Assembly (NCBI GenBank): GCA_963823665.1
Contig: CAWGMQ010000003.1
Location: 672,001 to 736,000 of the forward strand
DNA from: an uncultured Planctomycetota bacterium
GTDB taxonomy: Bacteria > Planctomycetota > Planctomycetia > Isosphaerales > Isosphaeraceae
Direction of reading: 5' to 3'
DNA length: 64,000 bases
This document shows positions 1 to 10,970 of the stretch, in pieces. The notes under the pieces were generated by a model that worked only from the letters and a program-made list of their open reading frames with translations, ran no database searches and was not told the DNA's origin. Position numbers and translations under genes: made by a program. The first letter of the stretch is position 1. Each line of letters opens with the position of its first letter.

Positions 1-74
1 CGCATCCGCCCACTCCCCACAAAACAATCATCGACACGATAAATTTCTTCATGCTGTGCTCCTTTCTTAGTCTT

Positions 75-1722
75 TCAGGCCCACGCGCTACTGATCCGCT
101 GCGGCGACTCCTCGAACAGGCGGCCATCTTGGAGGCGGATGACCCGGTCAGCGATGTCGAAATGGTTCTCGTCGTGGCTAATGACCAGGAGTGCCTTGCC
201 CGCGGCCCTCAATTCGGGCAGCAGCTCTTGATAGAAAATCTGCTTGAACGCGGGATCCTGGTTTGCGGCGCATTCGTCGAAGATGCAGATGGGCCGATCC
301 TCCAGCAAGGCGCCCAAGAGGGCCAGTCGCCTCCGCTGCCCTTGTGAGAGGTCGAGAGTGGAGAACGTGCTTCCCCGGACTGTGACGACAGGCGCCAATC
401 CCAGCCGCTCGAGACCCTCGAAAGCGAGCGTCGCAATCCCATCGGCTTTCAGGCCGAGGAGGTCGCGGAAGAGATGTCCGTCGGCGAAGACGATCGAGAA
501 GAGCTGGCGATACGCATCGCGATCAAGATCGCCGATTGGATGCCCGTCGATCAGCACGGCGCCCGAATCGGGACGGTAGAGACCGGCGAGCAGCTTGACC
601 AGGGTGGTCTTGCCGCTGCCGTTGCCCCCGGCAAGGATGACCAGTTCACCTGACCGAAGTGTCAACTCGATGGGGCCAAGCAGGAAGCCGGAATCATCGT
701 TGCCGTCGCGATACGTGAAGGTCACGGCGTCAAGGCAAATCGAGTCGCGAAGCTCGAAAGGCTCCGCCGGCATCGACAGGTTTTCGCGGCTGTCACCATT
801 TCGCTCGAGCGTGGGGACCAAGGCCTGGACTCTCTGGAGCGAGACCTGAGCACGTCCCAGAACCGGGACCCACGTCAAAATGATGTCCAGAGGCGTCATC
901 AGATAGAGGACGACAAGCACGGCCGAGACAAGCGTTGGCCGCGAGATCGTTTCGATCGCTGGCGCGGCGAAGAGGAGAAATCCGATGAAGCCGAAGAACG
1001 CAAGCTGCCCCCACCCCTCGGCGACGGCAAAGTGAGCCAGGCCCTTGATCATTTCGCTGCGCGCCTGATTCATGGTCGGCTCGAGAGCCTCTGCAACGTA
1101 TGCCTGCCGTCGCCCGCGGTGGAGTTTGAGCTCTCGGAATCCGGCGATCAAAGTCCGAAAATGGTCGACCAGCAGCGTCTGTTGCTCTCGAGCTCGCCGC
1201 AGCGATTTCATGCCTCGGGTTGACGCAATCACGTAGACGAAAATCGCCACCGCGGCGAACAGCAGGCCGAAGGCTACGCTCCGCGGCGCCAGCCATCCCG
1301 TATAGATCAAGCCGGCGATCACGATCGGAATGTTGATGCAGAGGTGCGGCAGGCCGACCATTGCACTCGCGATCAGGGCAATGTCATCGGTCAGAGCCGA
1401 CAGCAGTGCCGAACTGTCCATCGTCTCGAATGACCGCAAAGGGAGGACCAAAGTATGACGGACCAGGTGCAGGCCGAGCTTTTCGATTGCACCTTGTCCG
1501 ACCTTTACCATTGCGATCTGGGCGATCGCCCGCGCCGAGGCTGATGCCAAACAGAGCCCGACGAATGCCCAGGCCAAGATGGCCCCAGCCGAAGACTCGC
1601 GCCAGTTCGCGCTGGATCACCGCGATGAGCGCGATGCCGATCGCGCCGCCGGCCGCACCGGCGACTGCGGACAGAATCACGATACTCCGCGAGGACCGCA
1701 GGAGGAACCGCATCAGATTCAT
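75..1722 (-). CDS. Cyclic peptide export ABC transporter (PvdE/SyrD/YojI family), one apparent frameshift near 1598
   Basis: N-terminal TM segment MNLMRFLLRSSRSIVILSAVAG (ORF 1384..1722) switches frame into ORF 75..1577. That ORF has TM helices, GFRELKLH, Walker A GGNGSGKT, signature LSQGQRRRL and DECAANQDP (DEWAADQDP-like). Start overlaps the NRPS stop codon. Confidence 0.9.
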
Positions 1723-4700
1723 CGAATGGGGTCCTCTTTAAGGGTCTGTTCTTGGTGCTCGATCTCACCGGCCAGGATCTCTGCGAGCCGCAGCACGGTC
1801 GGCCGCTGCATGATCGTGTAATGGTCACCTGGCAACTGGTGCGTTGAGATACCCCCAAGCGCCAAGGCCTTCCACCCGTCTGTCGAGCGTGACTCGAGGT
1901 TGTTCAGGTTCGCTTCTGCCTGGACCAGGATGACACGACCCGAATAAGCGCGGGGCTGGTAGCCGTCGAGCGCCAACCGGTTCGCCCGATACACGTCTTG
2001 AAGCCGACGCAATCGCTTTTCGCCGATCTCACCGGTGATCCGCGACGCCCAGTTCTCGCCGCCCTCGATCCGGGCCAGGTCGGCGGCGAAGCCCGCCTGC
2101 GCCGCGAGGTTGCCAATAGAGTGAGGCGCGTTGCGCGGGACTGGTACCGAACAATCGATCAGAATGACGAGCGGTGCATCATGCCCGGCGGCGGCGAGTT
2201 GGATGGCCATCTCGAACGCCACGATGCCCCCCATCGACCAACCACCCAGAATGTATGGCCCTCCCGGACGATCCGCACGAAGCACATCGACGTATCGTGA
2301 CGCCATGCGCACCAGATCCGTCTCGGGCTCCTCATCACCTTCATAGCCCGCAGCCTGAAGACCAAGAACGGCACGCGCTCCATCGAATCCGCGGGCCAGC
2401 GAGCTATAGCAAATCACGCCGCCGCCGATCGGATGCACGAGGTAGAGCGGCCAGCCTGACCCGGATGCACCAAGATTGACGAGCGGTGAAACGACACGCG
2501 ATCCGACGACTTCGCGGATCTGTGTGGCGAGTTCTTCGATCGTCGAACTGAGCAGCAGATCCGACAGGGCCAGCGATCGCCCGAATTGCTCTTCAATCCT
2601 TGCCGCCAATCGCACTGCCAGCAGTGAGTGGCCGCCGAGATCGAAGAAGTCATCCGTCACGCCGATGGGCCGCTTCTGGAGGAGGTCTTCCCAGATCGTC
2701 GCGAGCTGTTTCTCGATCTCGTCGCGTGGGCTCACGACCGCTTCGTCCGTGGCGATCTCGTCGGGCATGGATTGCAGCAACTCAAGACGATCAACCTTTC
2801 CGGAATGCGTTCGCGGAAGGCGATCCACAACGTGAAATCGAGACGGGATCATCGGGCGCGGAAGCGTTTCGCGAAGCAAAAGTCTGATCGACTCTACATG
2901 AATGCTCTGCCCGGCTTCGGCGACAACGCAGGCGACGAGTCGCTGACTGTCAGCCTCATCCTGTTCGGTGATGACAGCCGCTTCGCGGACACCTTGAGCT
3001 CTACTGATCGCGGCCTCGACTTCGGCGAGCTCGACCCGGAAGCCTCGAACTTTCACCTGCGCGTCGCGGCGGCCCAGCAGCTCGATTGTACCTCCCGGAC
3101 GCCACCGCGCTCGGTCGCCCGTCGCATACATGCGCGATCCCCGCCCACCATTCGGGTCCGGCACGAACCGCTCGGCGGTCTGACGTGGGTCACCGACGTA
3201 GCCACGCGCCACACCTGACCCGCCAATGTACAGCTCCCCGACCACCCCCACCGGAACCGGCTCGCCAACCCCATCAAGAATGTAGGTGCGCGTTCCCAGC
3301 AACGGTCGGCCGATCGGAACCGCGCCGTCCGCGGCTTCGAGGTCGTTCGGCAGCCCGCCGAAGTACGTACTGTCGATCGTCGCCTCGGTCAGCCCGTAGG
3401 AGTTGACCACTCGCCCGCCGGGTCTCATCAGCCGCCATAACCGTCGATAGAGACTTCCGCGCAAGGTGTCGGACCCGACAGCGAGCAGGCGGACCGTGCC
3501 CAGGTCTTCGGATCGCCGCTCGAGATGCGTCGCCAGCGCGTTGGCAAGCGCCGGAACGAGCTCGAGGCATTCGATGCGTTCGCGCCGGATGAGATCGGTG
3601 AGCGCGGCCGGGTCGAGCGAGATAGGACGGGGGCAAGCGACGAGCGTTCCGCCGGTAGTCAGGGCGCGGACCCAGTCGCCAGTGAAAACATCGAAGGCAA
3701 AGCCAGCGGCCTGAAGATGCCGTAGCGGTGGCCGGCGGAGGTCGTAGGCTTGCTCCCAGGCGGCGGAGGCGGCCAGGAGACCGCGGTGAGAGACCATGAC
3801 ACCTTTGGGCCGCCCGGTGCTGCCGGAAGTGAAAACGACGTAAGCAAGGTTTTCGCCATGCACCCGCACCGACGGATTTTCGGGACTCTGAGAGGCGATA
3901 TTCGCTCGCTCGGCGTCCAGGTCGATCGCCCTCGCCTCAGAGTGCGGTATTCGACCGAGCGCCACACCGTCAGCGATCAAGAACGAGACGCCCGCGTTGT
4001 CGAGCATGCCGTGCAGCCGCGTTCGTGGCAAAGACGTCTCGAGGGGCACATACGCCGCTCCTGCCTTCAGTACGCCGAGCACGGCCACGATCTGAGAAAG
4101 GAAGTCGTTGATCGAGATACCCACGCGAGCTTCCGGGCCCGCGCCGTGCGCCCGCAGATGATGCGCCAGCCGATTTGCACGAACGTTCAAGTCGGCATAC
4201 GTCAGTCGTTCGTGGCCGGCGACCAGGGCCAACGCGCCGGGAGTGGCAAGGACCTGGGCCTCGAACGCACCGTGGATCGCAGACGGCTCATGCCGACAGG
4301 GGATATCAACACACTCGGCTGCTTCCGACGGCGCCTGGCTCCACGCCGCGACTTGCCCGCGCTCAACATCGGTGAGCAGCGACAACTCGGATAATGACCG
4401 TTCCGGATGAGCGATCAGGAACTCGAGCGTTTGCACGTACTGCTTCGCGAACCTTTCGATCGTCGGGGCGTCGAACAGATCTGTGTTAAACTCAACCGAC
4501 CCGATGAAGCCTTGCGGCGTGTCATCGAATCCCAGCGAAAGGTCGAACTTCGACGTACCGGTTCCTTGGGCGAGATCAAGGGGCGAGAAGGTCAGCTCGA
4601 GCGGGCGGACCGCCGGCAATGAGTTGTTCTGAAGAACGAACATCACCTGGAAGAGAGGAGAACGGCTGGCGTCGCGCCGAGGGCCGAGCGCGGCGATAAG

Positions 4701-7544
4701 AACCTCAAGCGGAATCTCCTGGTTTTCGTACGCCTCGAGGGCAACCTCGCGCACGCGGGCCAGTAACTCCCGGACGGTCGGATTACCGGAAAGGTCGACA
4801 CGGAGTGCGACCATATTCACGAAGTAACCGATCAAGCGTTCGGTTTCAGGCCTGTTTCGGTTGGCTACCGGTGCCCCCACGGCGAAATCGTTCTGACCGC
4901 TCCAGCGGCCCAGGACGAGCTGGAAGGCCGCGAGCAAGGTCATGAACGGTGTCACCCCCTCGCGGCGCGCAGCGTCTCGGACAGCCGCGGACAGTTCCGC
5001 CGTGAGCACCAGGTGATGCAGTGCGCCGCGTGCGCTTCTGAGTGGCAGGCGAAGGCGATCCGTCGGCAGCTCAAGAGAGGGCACGCCGGCGAGTCGGCGC
5101 CGCCACGACTCGATCCGGGACGACCAGGCTCCGGTTTGCAACTGGTCGCGCTGCCAGCGAGCGAAATCAGCGTACTGGATGGGCATGCCAGGTAGAGGCG
5201 ATGGACGGCCGTGGCAATAAGCCTCGTAGAGGGTTGCCAGCTCCCCCGCCGCAACGCTGAATGACCAACCGTCGGTGATGAGGTGGTGCATGGTCAAGAG
5301 CACCGCGCTGTCGGCCTTGCCCAGCCGCAGCAAACTTACACGTGCCAGCGGAGCCCGCGTGAGGTCGAACGGCCGCCGCGATTCGTCGATCGCTAGGCGC
5401 TGGGCCTCTTGTTCTCGAACGTCAAGTGCCAGTGCGGTCAGATCGGCCATTTCGATTGATAAGGAAACGTCGGGTTCGACACTCTGCACCGGTGTTCCAC
5501 CGATGGAAATGAACGACGTCCGGAGCGCTTCATGGCGACGCACGACCTCTTTCAGGCTCCATTCGAGCGCCCCGAAGTCGAGCGGCCCGGTGATCCGCAA
5601 CCCCGCGGTGACGTTGAATGTCGGCTGCCCTGGCGCAAGCTGATCGAGGAACCAAAGCGCTTCTTGCGAGAATGAAAGTGGCATCGGACCGACCAAGCGG
5701 CTTGATTCGATGGAAGCGGCTTGGCGCCGGGGGCAGCCGCGTCGCATCGCCTCGATGCGCGTGGCCAGTCCAGCGACCGTCGGAGCCTCGAACAGGGCTC
5801 GAAGCGGGATCTCCACGCCGAACGCCTCGCGGAGCCGAGAGATGACCTGGGTGGCCAGCAGTGAGTGCCCGCCGATGTCGAAGAAGCCATCATGGGCTCC
5901 GACCCGCTCAAGGCGCAAGACATCTGCCCAGATGGACGCCACCGTCTGCTCGACCGGCCCGCGCGGTGCTGTGGCAAGCGAGTCTTGCCGCGCCGAGCCT
6001 GGTAGAGGAGCAGGCAGGGCCTCTCGGTCGACCTTCCCGTTCGGCGTCAGTGGCAGCGCCTCGAGCACAACGAAAGCCGACGGAATCATTGGCTCGGGAA
6101 GCGAGTGTCGCAAGAACTGGCGCAGGTCTGAGCTCGTCGGTGATGGCAGGTCGTCGGCGATCGTCAGATAGGCGACCAAGCGACGGTCATCGGGCACGTC
6201 CTCGCGCGCCACGACGGCGGTCTCGCGCACGGCTGGGTGAAGCTCCAGTGCCTGCTCGATCTCGCCCGGCTCGATACGATAGCCGCGAATCTTGACCTGG
6301 CGATCCACCCTGCCGAGGCACTCGAGGTTGCCGTCGGACCGCCAGCGGGCCAGGTCGCCCGTGCGGTAGAGGCGGCTGCCCGGCTCGTTGCCAAAAGGGT
6401 CGGGGACGAAGCGCTCGGCCGTCAAGCCCGGCCTGTTCAAGTATCCGCGCGCTACTCCGGCACCGCCGATGAACAGCTCACCCGGAACCCCGATGGGCAT
6501 CGGCTCGAGATTCCGATTCACGACATAAAGACGTGTGTTGGCGATCGGCCGCCCGATCGGGATGGCGCCGGAAATGGCCTGGTCTCGGGGCACGCGGTAG
6601 ACGCAACAGCCGACGACCGTCTCGGTTGGACCGTATTCGTTGATCAAGTGTGTGTCTGGCGCGTGCTGGCGCCAGAAGGCGACGTGCTCTTCCCGCAGTT
6701 GCTCACCACCGATAATGAACGCTCTCGTCCGGCCCCGGACATCGCGGGCGTCCATTTGATCGCCGAGCAAGCGGAGGTGTGCCGGCGTGATCTTGACCAG
6801 GCTGTAGTCGCGAGATCGCCTGAGTGCCTCGCTCAGTTGCTCTACGCCGAGGTCGTCGTCGAGCAAGTCGACGCGCCGGCCTGTGATAAGCGGCGCGAGC
6901 AAGGCGGTGATCGTCAAGTCGAACGAAATCGAACTGTGGACCGGCGCTCCCACTCCGTCCGGGACGGAATAAGCCTTTACGCACCAGCTCAGATAGTTTG
7001 CCAGGCCCAGGTGGTTGATCATGGCGCCTTTGGGCCGGCCAGTCGAGCCGGAGGTGTAGATGACATAAGCAAGGTTCAGAAGCCCCGCGCCCCCGGGTAG
7101 ATTTTCGCCGCACTCCTGTTCGATCGATTTCCGATCACGATCGAGGCAGATGACCGACGCCCTTGTGCCAGGGAGGCGCTCGAGCAGGTCGGCCTGGGCC
7201 ACGAGAACCGAGGCGCGCGCATCATCGACCATGAAGGCGAGCCGCCCGGCGGGGTACGCCGGATCGAGCGGTACGTAGGCTCCCCCCGCCTTGAGGACTG
7301 CCAGGAGCCCGACCACCATGGCTGTCGATCGGCCGACGCACAGGCCGACCAGGACTTCGGGGCCGACACCTTGGGCGCGAAGGAGGTTGGCCAACTGGTT
7401 AGCCCGGGCATTGAGCTGCGAATAGGTGAGGGTTTCTGTGGCGCTCGTCAGAGCAATAGCCGTCGGGGTCCGTTCCGCCTGCATCTCGATCCAGCGGTGG
7501 ACGCACCGGAGCTTGGGCGGCGATCGACGGGTCGCTTCTGGCAT
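1719..7544 (-). CDS. NRPS 3: A(Asn)-T-C-A(Orn-like)-T-TE (start could lie up to ~100 nt further upstream)
   Basis: YTSGSTGRPKG, NEYGPTE, GGHSLL, HHLITDGWS, FTSGSTGRPKG, NSYGLTE, GGHSLL and TE motif GWSMGG. Hand-read specificity codes are DLTKIGEVG and DVGEAGSID. Confidence 0.95.
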   Translation of the reverse strand: MPEATRRSPPKLRCVHRWIEMQAERTPTAIALTSATETLTYSQLNARANQLANLLRAQGVGPEVLVGLCVGRSTAMVVGLLAVLKAGGAYVPLDPAYPAGRLAFMVDDARASVLVAQADLLERLPGTRASVICLDRDRKSIEQECGENLPGGAGLLNLAYVIYTSGSTGRPKGAMINHLGLANYLSWCVKAYSVPDGVGAPVHSSISFDLTITALLAPLITGRRVDLLDDDLGVEQLSEALRRSRDYSLVKITPAHLRLLGDQMDARDVRGRTRAFIIGGEQLREEHVAFWRQHAPDTHLINEYGPTETVVGCCVYRVPRDQAISGAIPIGRPIANTRLYVVNRNLEPMPIGVPGELFIGGAGVARGYLNRPGLTAERFVPDPFGNEPGSRLYRTGDLARWRSDGNLECLGRVDRQVKIRGYRIEPGEIEQALELHPAVRETAVVAREDVPDDRRLVAYLTIADDLPSPTSSDLRQFLRHSLPEPMIPSAFVVLEALPLTPNGKVDREALPAPLPGSARQDSLATAPRGPVEQTVASIWADVLRLERVGAHDGFFDIGGHSLLATQVISRLREAFGVEIPLRALFEAPTVAGLATRIEAMRRGCPRRQAASIESSRLVGPMPLSFSQEALWFLDQLAPGQPTFNVTAGLRITGPLDFGALEWSLKEVVRRHEALRTSFISIGGTPVQSVEPDVSLSIEMADLTALALDVREQEAQRLAIDESRRPFDLTRAPLARVSLLRLGKADSAVLLTMHHLITDGWSFSVAAGELATLYEAYCHGRPSPLPGMPIQYADFARWQRDQLQTGAWSSRIESWRRRLAGVPSLELPTDRLRLPLRSARGALHHLVLTAELSAAVRDAARREGVTPFMTLLAAFQLVLGRWSGQNDFAVGAPVANRNRPETERLIGYFVNMVALRVDLSGNPTVRELLARVREVALEAYENQEIPLEVLIAALGPRRDASRSPLFQVMFVLQNNSLPAVRPLELTFSPLDLAQGTGTSKFDLSLGFDDTPQGFIGSVEFNTDLFDAPTIERFAKQYVQTLEFLIAHPERSLSELSLLTDVERGQVAAWSQAPSEAAECVDIPCRHEPSAIHGAFEAQVLATPGALALVAGHERLTYADLNVRANRLAHHLRAHGAGPEARVGISINDFLSQIVAVLGVLKAGAAYVPLETSLPRTRLHGMLDNAGVSFLIADGVALGRIPHSEARAIDLDAERANIASQSPENPSVRVHGENLAYVVFTSGSTGRPKGVMVSHRGLLAASAAWEQAYDLRRPPLRHLQAAGFAFDVFTGDWVRALTTGGTLVACPRPISLDPAALTDLIRRERIECLELVPALANALATHLERRSEDLGTVRLLAVGSDTLRGSLYRRLWRLMRPGGRVVNSYGLTEATIDSTYFGGLPNDLEAADGAVPIGRPLLGTRTYILDGVGEPVPVGVVGELYIGGSGVARGYVGDPRQTAERFVPDPNGGRGSRMYATGDRARWRPGGTIELLGRRDAQVKVRGFRVELAEVEAAISRAQGVREAAVITEQDEADSQRLVACVVAEAGQSIHVESIRLLLRETLPRPMIPSRFHVVDRLPRTHSGKVDRLELLQSMPDEIATDEAVVSPRDEIEKQLATIWEDLLQKRPIGVTDDFFDLGGHSLLAVRLAARIEEQFGRSLALSDLLLSSTIEELATQIREVVGSRVVSPLVNLGASGSGWPLYLVHPIGGGVICYSSLARGFDGARAVLGLQAAGYEGDEEPETDLVRMASRYVDVLRADRPGGPYILGGWSMGGIVAFEMAIQLAAAGHDAPLVILIDCSVPVPRNAPHSIGNLAAQAGFAADLARIEGGENWASRITGEIGEKRLRRLQDVYRANRLALDGYQPRAYSGRVILVQAEANLNNLESRSTDGWKALALGGISTHQLPGDHYTIMQRPTVLRLAEILAGEIEHQEQTLKEDPIR

Positions 7545-7596
7545 TCGCCATCGCGGCGTCTCTTTCGGAACGCGCCCGACACCGTTCCTGGTTGCA

Positions 7597-10500
7597 TTAT
7601 TCACGGGTCGCAACCTCCAACGAAGGCAGTTCATAAAGGGAGGAGTCAAGCTCGTCTAAATCCGGCCCATCCAGCACCGTCGCCGCGTCGTTGCCGGCCG
7701 TGCTATTCCATTCCACGAGCACTTGAATTCGCTCTTGCTGCGTGAGCATGCGCAGGCCGACGATGGGATCATCGGGATGAGCAATGATCTCTTCGAGAAG
7801 GACGACGTAGTGCGCCAGCATGCGGTCCACCGTCGCGGCGTCGAAAAGGTCGGTGCTGTACTCCATAGCCAGACGCAAGCCCTCCGGGACTTCGGTGGCG
7901 AAGAGCGTCAAGTCGAACTTTGACGTCCCATTTGACAGATCGAGAGGTGTGAACGAAAGCTCGGGTGTTTGCAACGTCCAGCCCGGCGCGTTCTGAAGGG
8001 CGAACATCACCTGAACAAGCGGCGAACGGTTTGCGACACGCTCGCAATGGAGCGCGGTGACGATGCGCTCGAAAGGCAGGTCCTGATGACTGTAGGCCTC
8101 GATCGCCGTCCGGCGGATCCGGCGGAGCAATTCGCGGAAGCCGGGGTCGCCCGACAGGTCGCCGCGCATGACGAGCGTGTTGACGAAGAGCCCGATCAGC
8201 CCTTCGAGCTCGGGACGCGTGCGCCCGGCGATCGGCGTCCCAACCGCGAAATCATCTTGCCCAGTGTAACGGTGAAGGAGAACCTGAAAAGTTGCCAGCA
8301 GCGTCATGTAGAGCGTCGCGCCCTCGTTCCGACCGAGCGCTCGAACGGCTTCAAGCGTGGTTTTTGGCACGGTCGTCGACCGCTCGAGGCCGCGCTGGCT
8401 CGCGGCGGGCGGTCGTGGGCGATCGCTGGGCAGCTCGAGCTCGGGCACGCCTCTGAGCTGCTTCGTCCAGTATTCGAGCTGCGCCTCGAGGACCTTGCCC
8501 GCGAGCCAGCTCCGCTGCCAGACCGCGAAATCGGCGTACTGGATCGGGAGCTCGGGAAGCGAAGACGGCTGACCCAGCAGGCGTGACTGGTAAAGCGCCG
8601 AAAGCTCGCGGACCAGAATCCCCATCGACCAACCGTCGGCGATGGCGTGATGCATGGTAATTGTGGCGATCTGCTCTCGCTCGCTCAGTCGCAGCACGGC
8701 GGCTCGGATAAGCGGTCCGCGCGCAAGGTCAAAAGGCCGCACAGCTTCTTCGCGAATGTGCTTCTCAGCTTGGAGGTCGCGCTGGCCCGCGGCGAGGCCG
8801 CTCAGATCGTGCACCGTCAGCGGCACATCCAGGCTGGCGGCGATCACCTGGCGCGGAATCCCGCCATCGGCGGCCAGCGTGGTCCGCAACACTTCGTGTC
8901 GGCACACAACATCGTTCAGGGCTCGCTCGAAGGCTGAAATGTCAAGGCTGCCCACAAGCTTGACGGCTGCCGGGATGTGATACAGCGCTCGACCCGGTTC
9001 GAGTTGATCGAGGAACCAGAGCCGTTGCTGCGCGAACGAAGCCGGCAACGAGGCGTCGCGATCGACCGATTCGAATGGCGGTGCTGAGGCAGCGTTTCCA
9101 GCCTTGATTGCCTGCTCGACGAAATCTGCCATTCGCGATAAGGTCGGATCGCCAATGAAAGCGCTGAGCGGTGGCTCCACATCAAACGTGCGGCGGATGC
9201 GCGACACAAGCTGAACCGCAAGGATTGAGTGGCCCCCGCGCTCGAAGAAACTGTCATGAGCTCCGACCGATTCGACGCCCAGCAGCTCGATCCAGATATC
9301 GGCGATGGCTTCTTCAATCGGTCCTCGCGGCGGGATGAACTCGGCAGTGGCCGCAAGCGATGCCCTGCTGGGTTCGGGGAGGGCTTGCCGGTCGACTTTC
9401 CCGTTGGGTAAGCGAGGAAGAGCGTCGAGGAGGACAAACGCCGAAGGGACCATATATTCGGGAATCGTTCGGCATAGCCATCGTCGCAATTCGGACGTAA
9501 TGGTCTTATCCGGGCCGACGCGCAGAGCGATGTACGCAACCATGCTCATCTCGCCACTCGGATCAGGACGAGCGGTCACAACCGCCTCACGCACTGCCGT
9601 GTGCCGCGCCAGCGCAGCCTCGACCTCGCCGAGCTCGACGCGAAATCCACGGATTTTGACCTGATGGTCGACCCGGCCTAGACACTCAAGAGTTCGTTCG
9701 GCGTGCCATCTGGCGAGGTCGCCAGTTCGGTAGAGTCGACCTCCTTCAAGCTTTCCGAATGGGTCGGGGATGAACCGCTCGGCCGTCAGGCCGGGGCGAT
9801 TCCGATAGCCGCGTGCCAGCCCGGCGCCTCCGATGAAAAGCTCGCCGACAACGCCGATCGGCACCGGCCGGAGCTGATCGTCCAGAACATAGAAGCGCGT
9901 GTTGGCAATCGGACTCCCAATCGAAATGGCCGCCTCACCGGCTTCGACCCGCCAGGCTGACGACCAGACGGTTGTCTCGGTGGGGCCGTACACGTTCCAG
10001 AGAGCGGCGCCCTTGTCGATCAATCGGTCCGCCAGAACGCGGGGGAGCGCCTCACCGCCGCAGAGCATCGTGATCGCCCGATGTCCTTGCCAATCGGCTT
10101 CCAGCAGCAAGCGCCACGTGGCCGGAGTCGCTTGCAAGAAGGTGGTCCGAGAGTCGTCGAGGCGAGCGGCGAGACGGGCCCCATCGGCGGCGACTTCGCG
10201 ATCGACGAGCTCCACGCGAGCGCCGACGATCAAGGGCAAGAAGATCTCAAGCGCGGCGATGTCAAAGGAGAGCGTCGTCACCGCCAGGAGCGTGTCCCGT
10301 TTACTGATCGGTAGAAGTGCGAGCATTGCTTCGAGAAGGTTGGAGAGCGCACCATGAGGAATCTGGACCCCTTTGGGCCTGCCCGTCGACCCCGAGGTGT
10401 AGATGACGTAGGCGAGGTTCGCCGCGGCGGGTTCAACATCGAGATTCGCGTCGCTGTACGCGTCGATTACCGCGCTGTCGACGTCGATGCAGAGTAAGCG

Positions 10501-10953
10501 TGCCTCGCGCTCCGGCAGGTTCTCGCGCAGTTTTTCCTCGGTCAGGACAACCGAGGCTCGTGCGTCGTCAAGCATGAACGCCAGGCGCTCGGCGGGATAG
10601 GCCGGGTCGAGAGGCACATAGGTGCCGCCAGCCTTCAAGATGGCCAAGAGACCCACGACCATCTCCGCCGTGCGGCCGAGGAACAGGCCCACCAAGACCT
10701 CGGGGCCGACGCCCATGGCGCGGAGGCGACGGGCCAGGCGGTTCGCCCGGGCGTTCAGCTCAGCATAAGTGATCGAGACGGCGCCACAAGAGACGGCGAT
10801 GGCCTCCGGGCACCGCTGGGCCTGCAATTCGATTTGCCGATGGACCAAACCGGCTCCGTCGCGGCAACGACCGGCTTTCTCACGCAACATGCGCACGACC
10901 AGCTCGCGTTTTTGCGCCAAACTCAGCGTCGCATATTCGTTCATGTGACTCAT
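7597..10953 (-). CDS. NRPS 2: N-terminal docking helix-A(Gly)-T-C
   Basis: Start MSHMNEY follows an AAGGA RBS. Docking-like LSLAQKRELVVRML, YTSGSTGRPKG, code DILQLGVVW, GGHSIL and a C domain with HHAIADGWS at the C-terminus. Confidence 0.95.
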   Translation of the reverse strand: MSHMNEYATLSLAQKRELVVRMLREKAGRCRDGAGLVHRQIELQAQRCPEAIAVSCGAVSITYAELNARANRLARRLRAMGVGPEVLVGLFLGRTAEMVVGLLAILKAGGTYVPLDPAYPAERLAFMLDDARASVVLTEEKLRENLPEREARLLCIDVDSAVIDAYSDANLDVEPAAANLAYVIYTSGSTGRPKGVQIPHGALSNLLEAMLALLPISKRDTLLAVTTLSFDIAALEIFLPLIVGARVELVDREVAADGARLAARLDDSRTTFLQATPATWRLLLEADWQGHRAITMLCGGEALPRVLADRLIDKGAALWNVYGPTETTVWSSAWRVEAGEAAISIGSPIANTRFYVLDDQLRPVPIGVVGELFIGGAGLARGYRNRPGLTAERFIPDPFGKLEGGRLYRTGDLARWHAERTLECLGRVDHQVKIRGFRVELGEVEAALARHTAVREAVVTARPDPSGEMSMVAYIALRVGPDKTITSELRRWLCRTIPEYMVPSAFVLLDALPRLPNGKVDRQALPEPSRASLAATAEFIPPRGPIEEAIADIWIELLGVESVGAHDSFFERGGHSILAVQLVSRIRRTFDVEPPLSAFIGDPTLSRMADFVEQAIKAGNAASAPPFESVDRDASLPASFAQQRLWFLDQLEPGRALYHIPAAVKLVGSLDISAFERALNDVVCRHEVLRTTLAADGGIPRQVIAASLDVPLTVHDLSGLAAGQRDLQAEKHIREEAVRPFDLARGPLIRAAVLRLSEREQIATITMHHAIADGWSMGILVRELSALYQSRLLGQPSSLPELPIQYADFAVWQRSWLAGKVLEAQLEYWTKQLRGVPELELPSDRPRPPAASQRGLERSTTVPKTTLEAVRALGRNEGATLYMTLLATFQVLLHRYTGQDDFAVGTPIAGRTRPELEGLIGLFVNTLVMRGDLSGDPGFRELLRRIRRTAIEAYSHQDLPFERIVTALHCERVANRSPLVQVMFALQNAPGWTLQTPELSFTPLDLSNGTSKFDLTLFATEVPEGLRLAMEYSTDLFDAATVDRMLAHYVVLLEEIIAHPDDPIVGLRMLTQQERIQVLVEWNSTAGNDAATVLDGPDLDELDSSLYELPSLEVATRE

Positions 10954-10970
10954 GGTCAATTCCTTAGCTC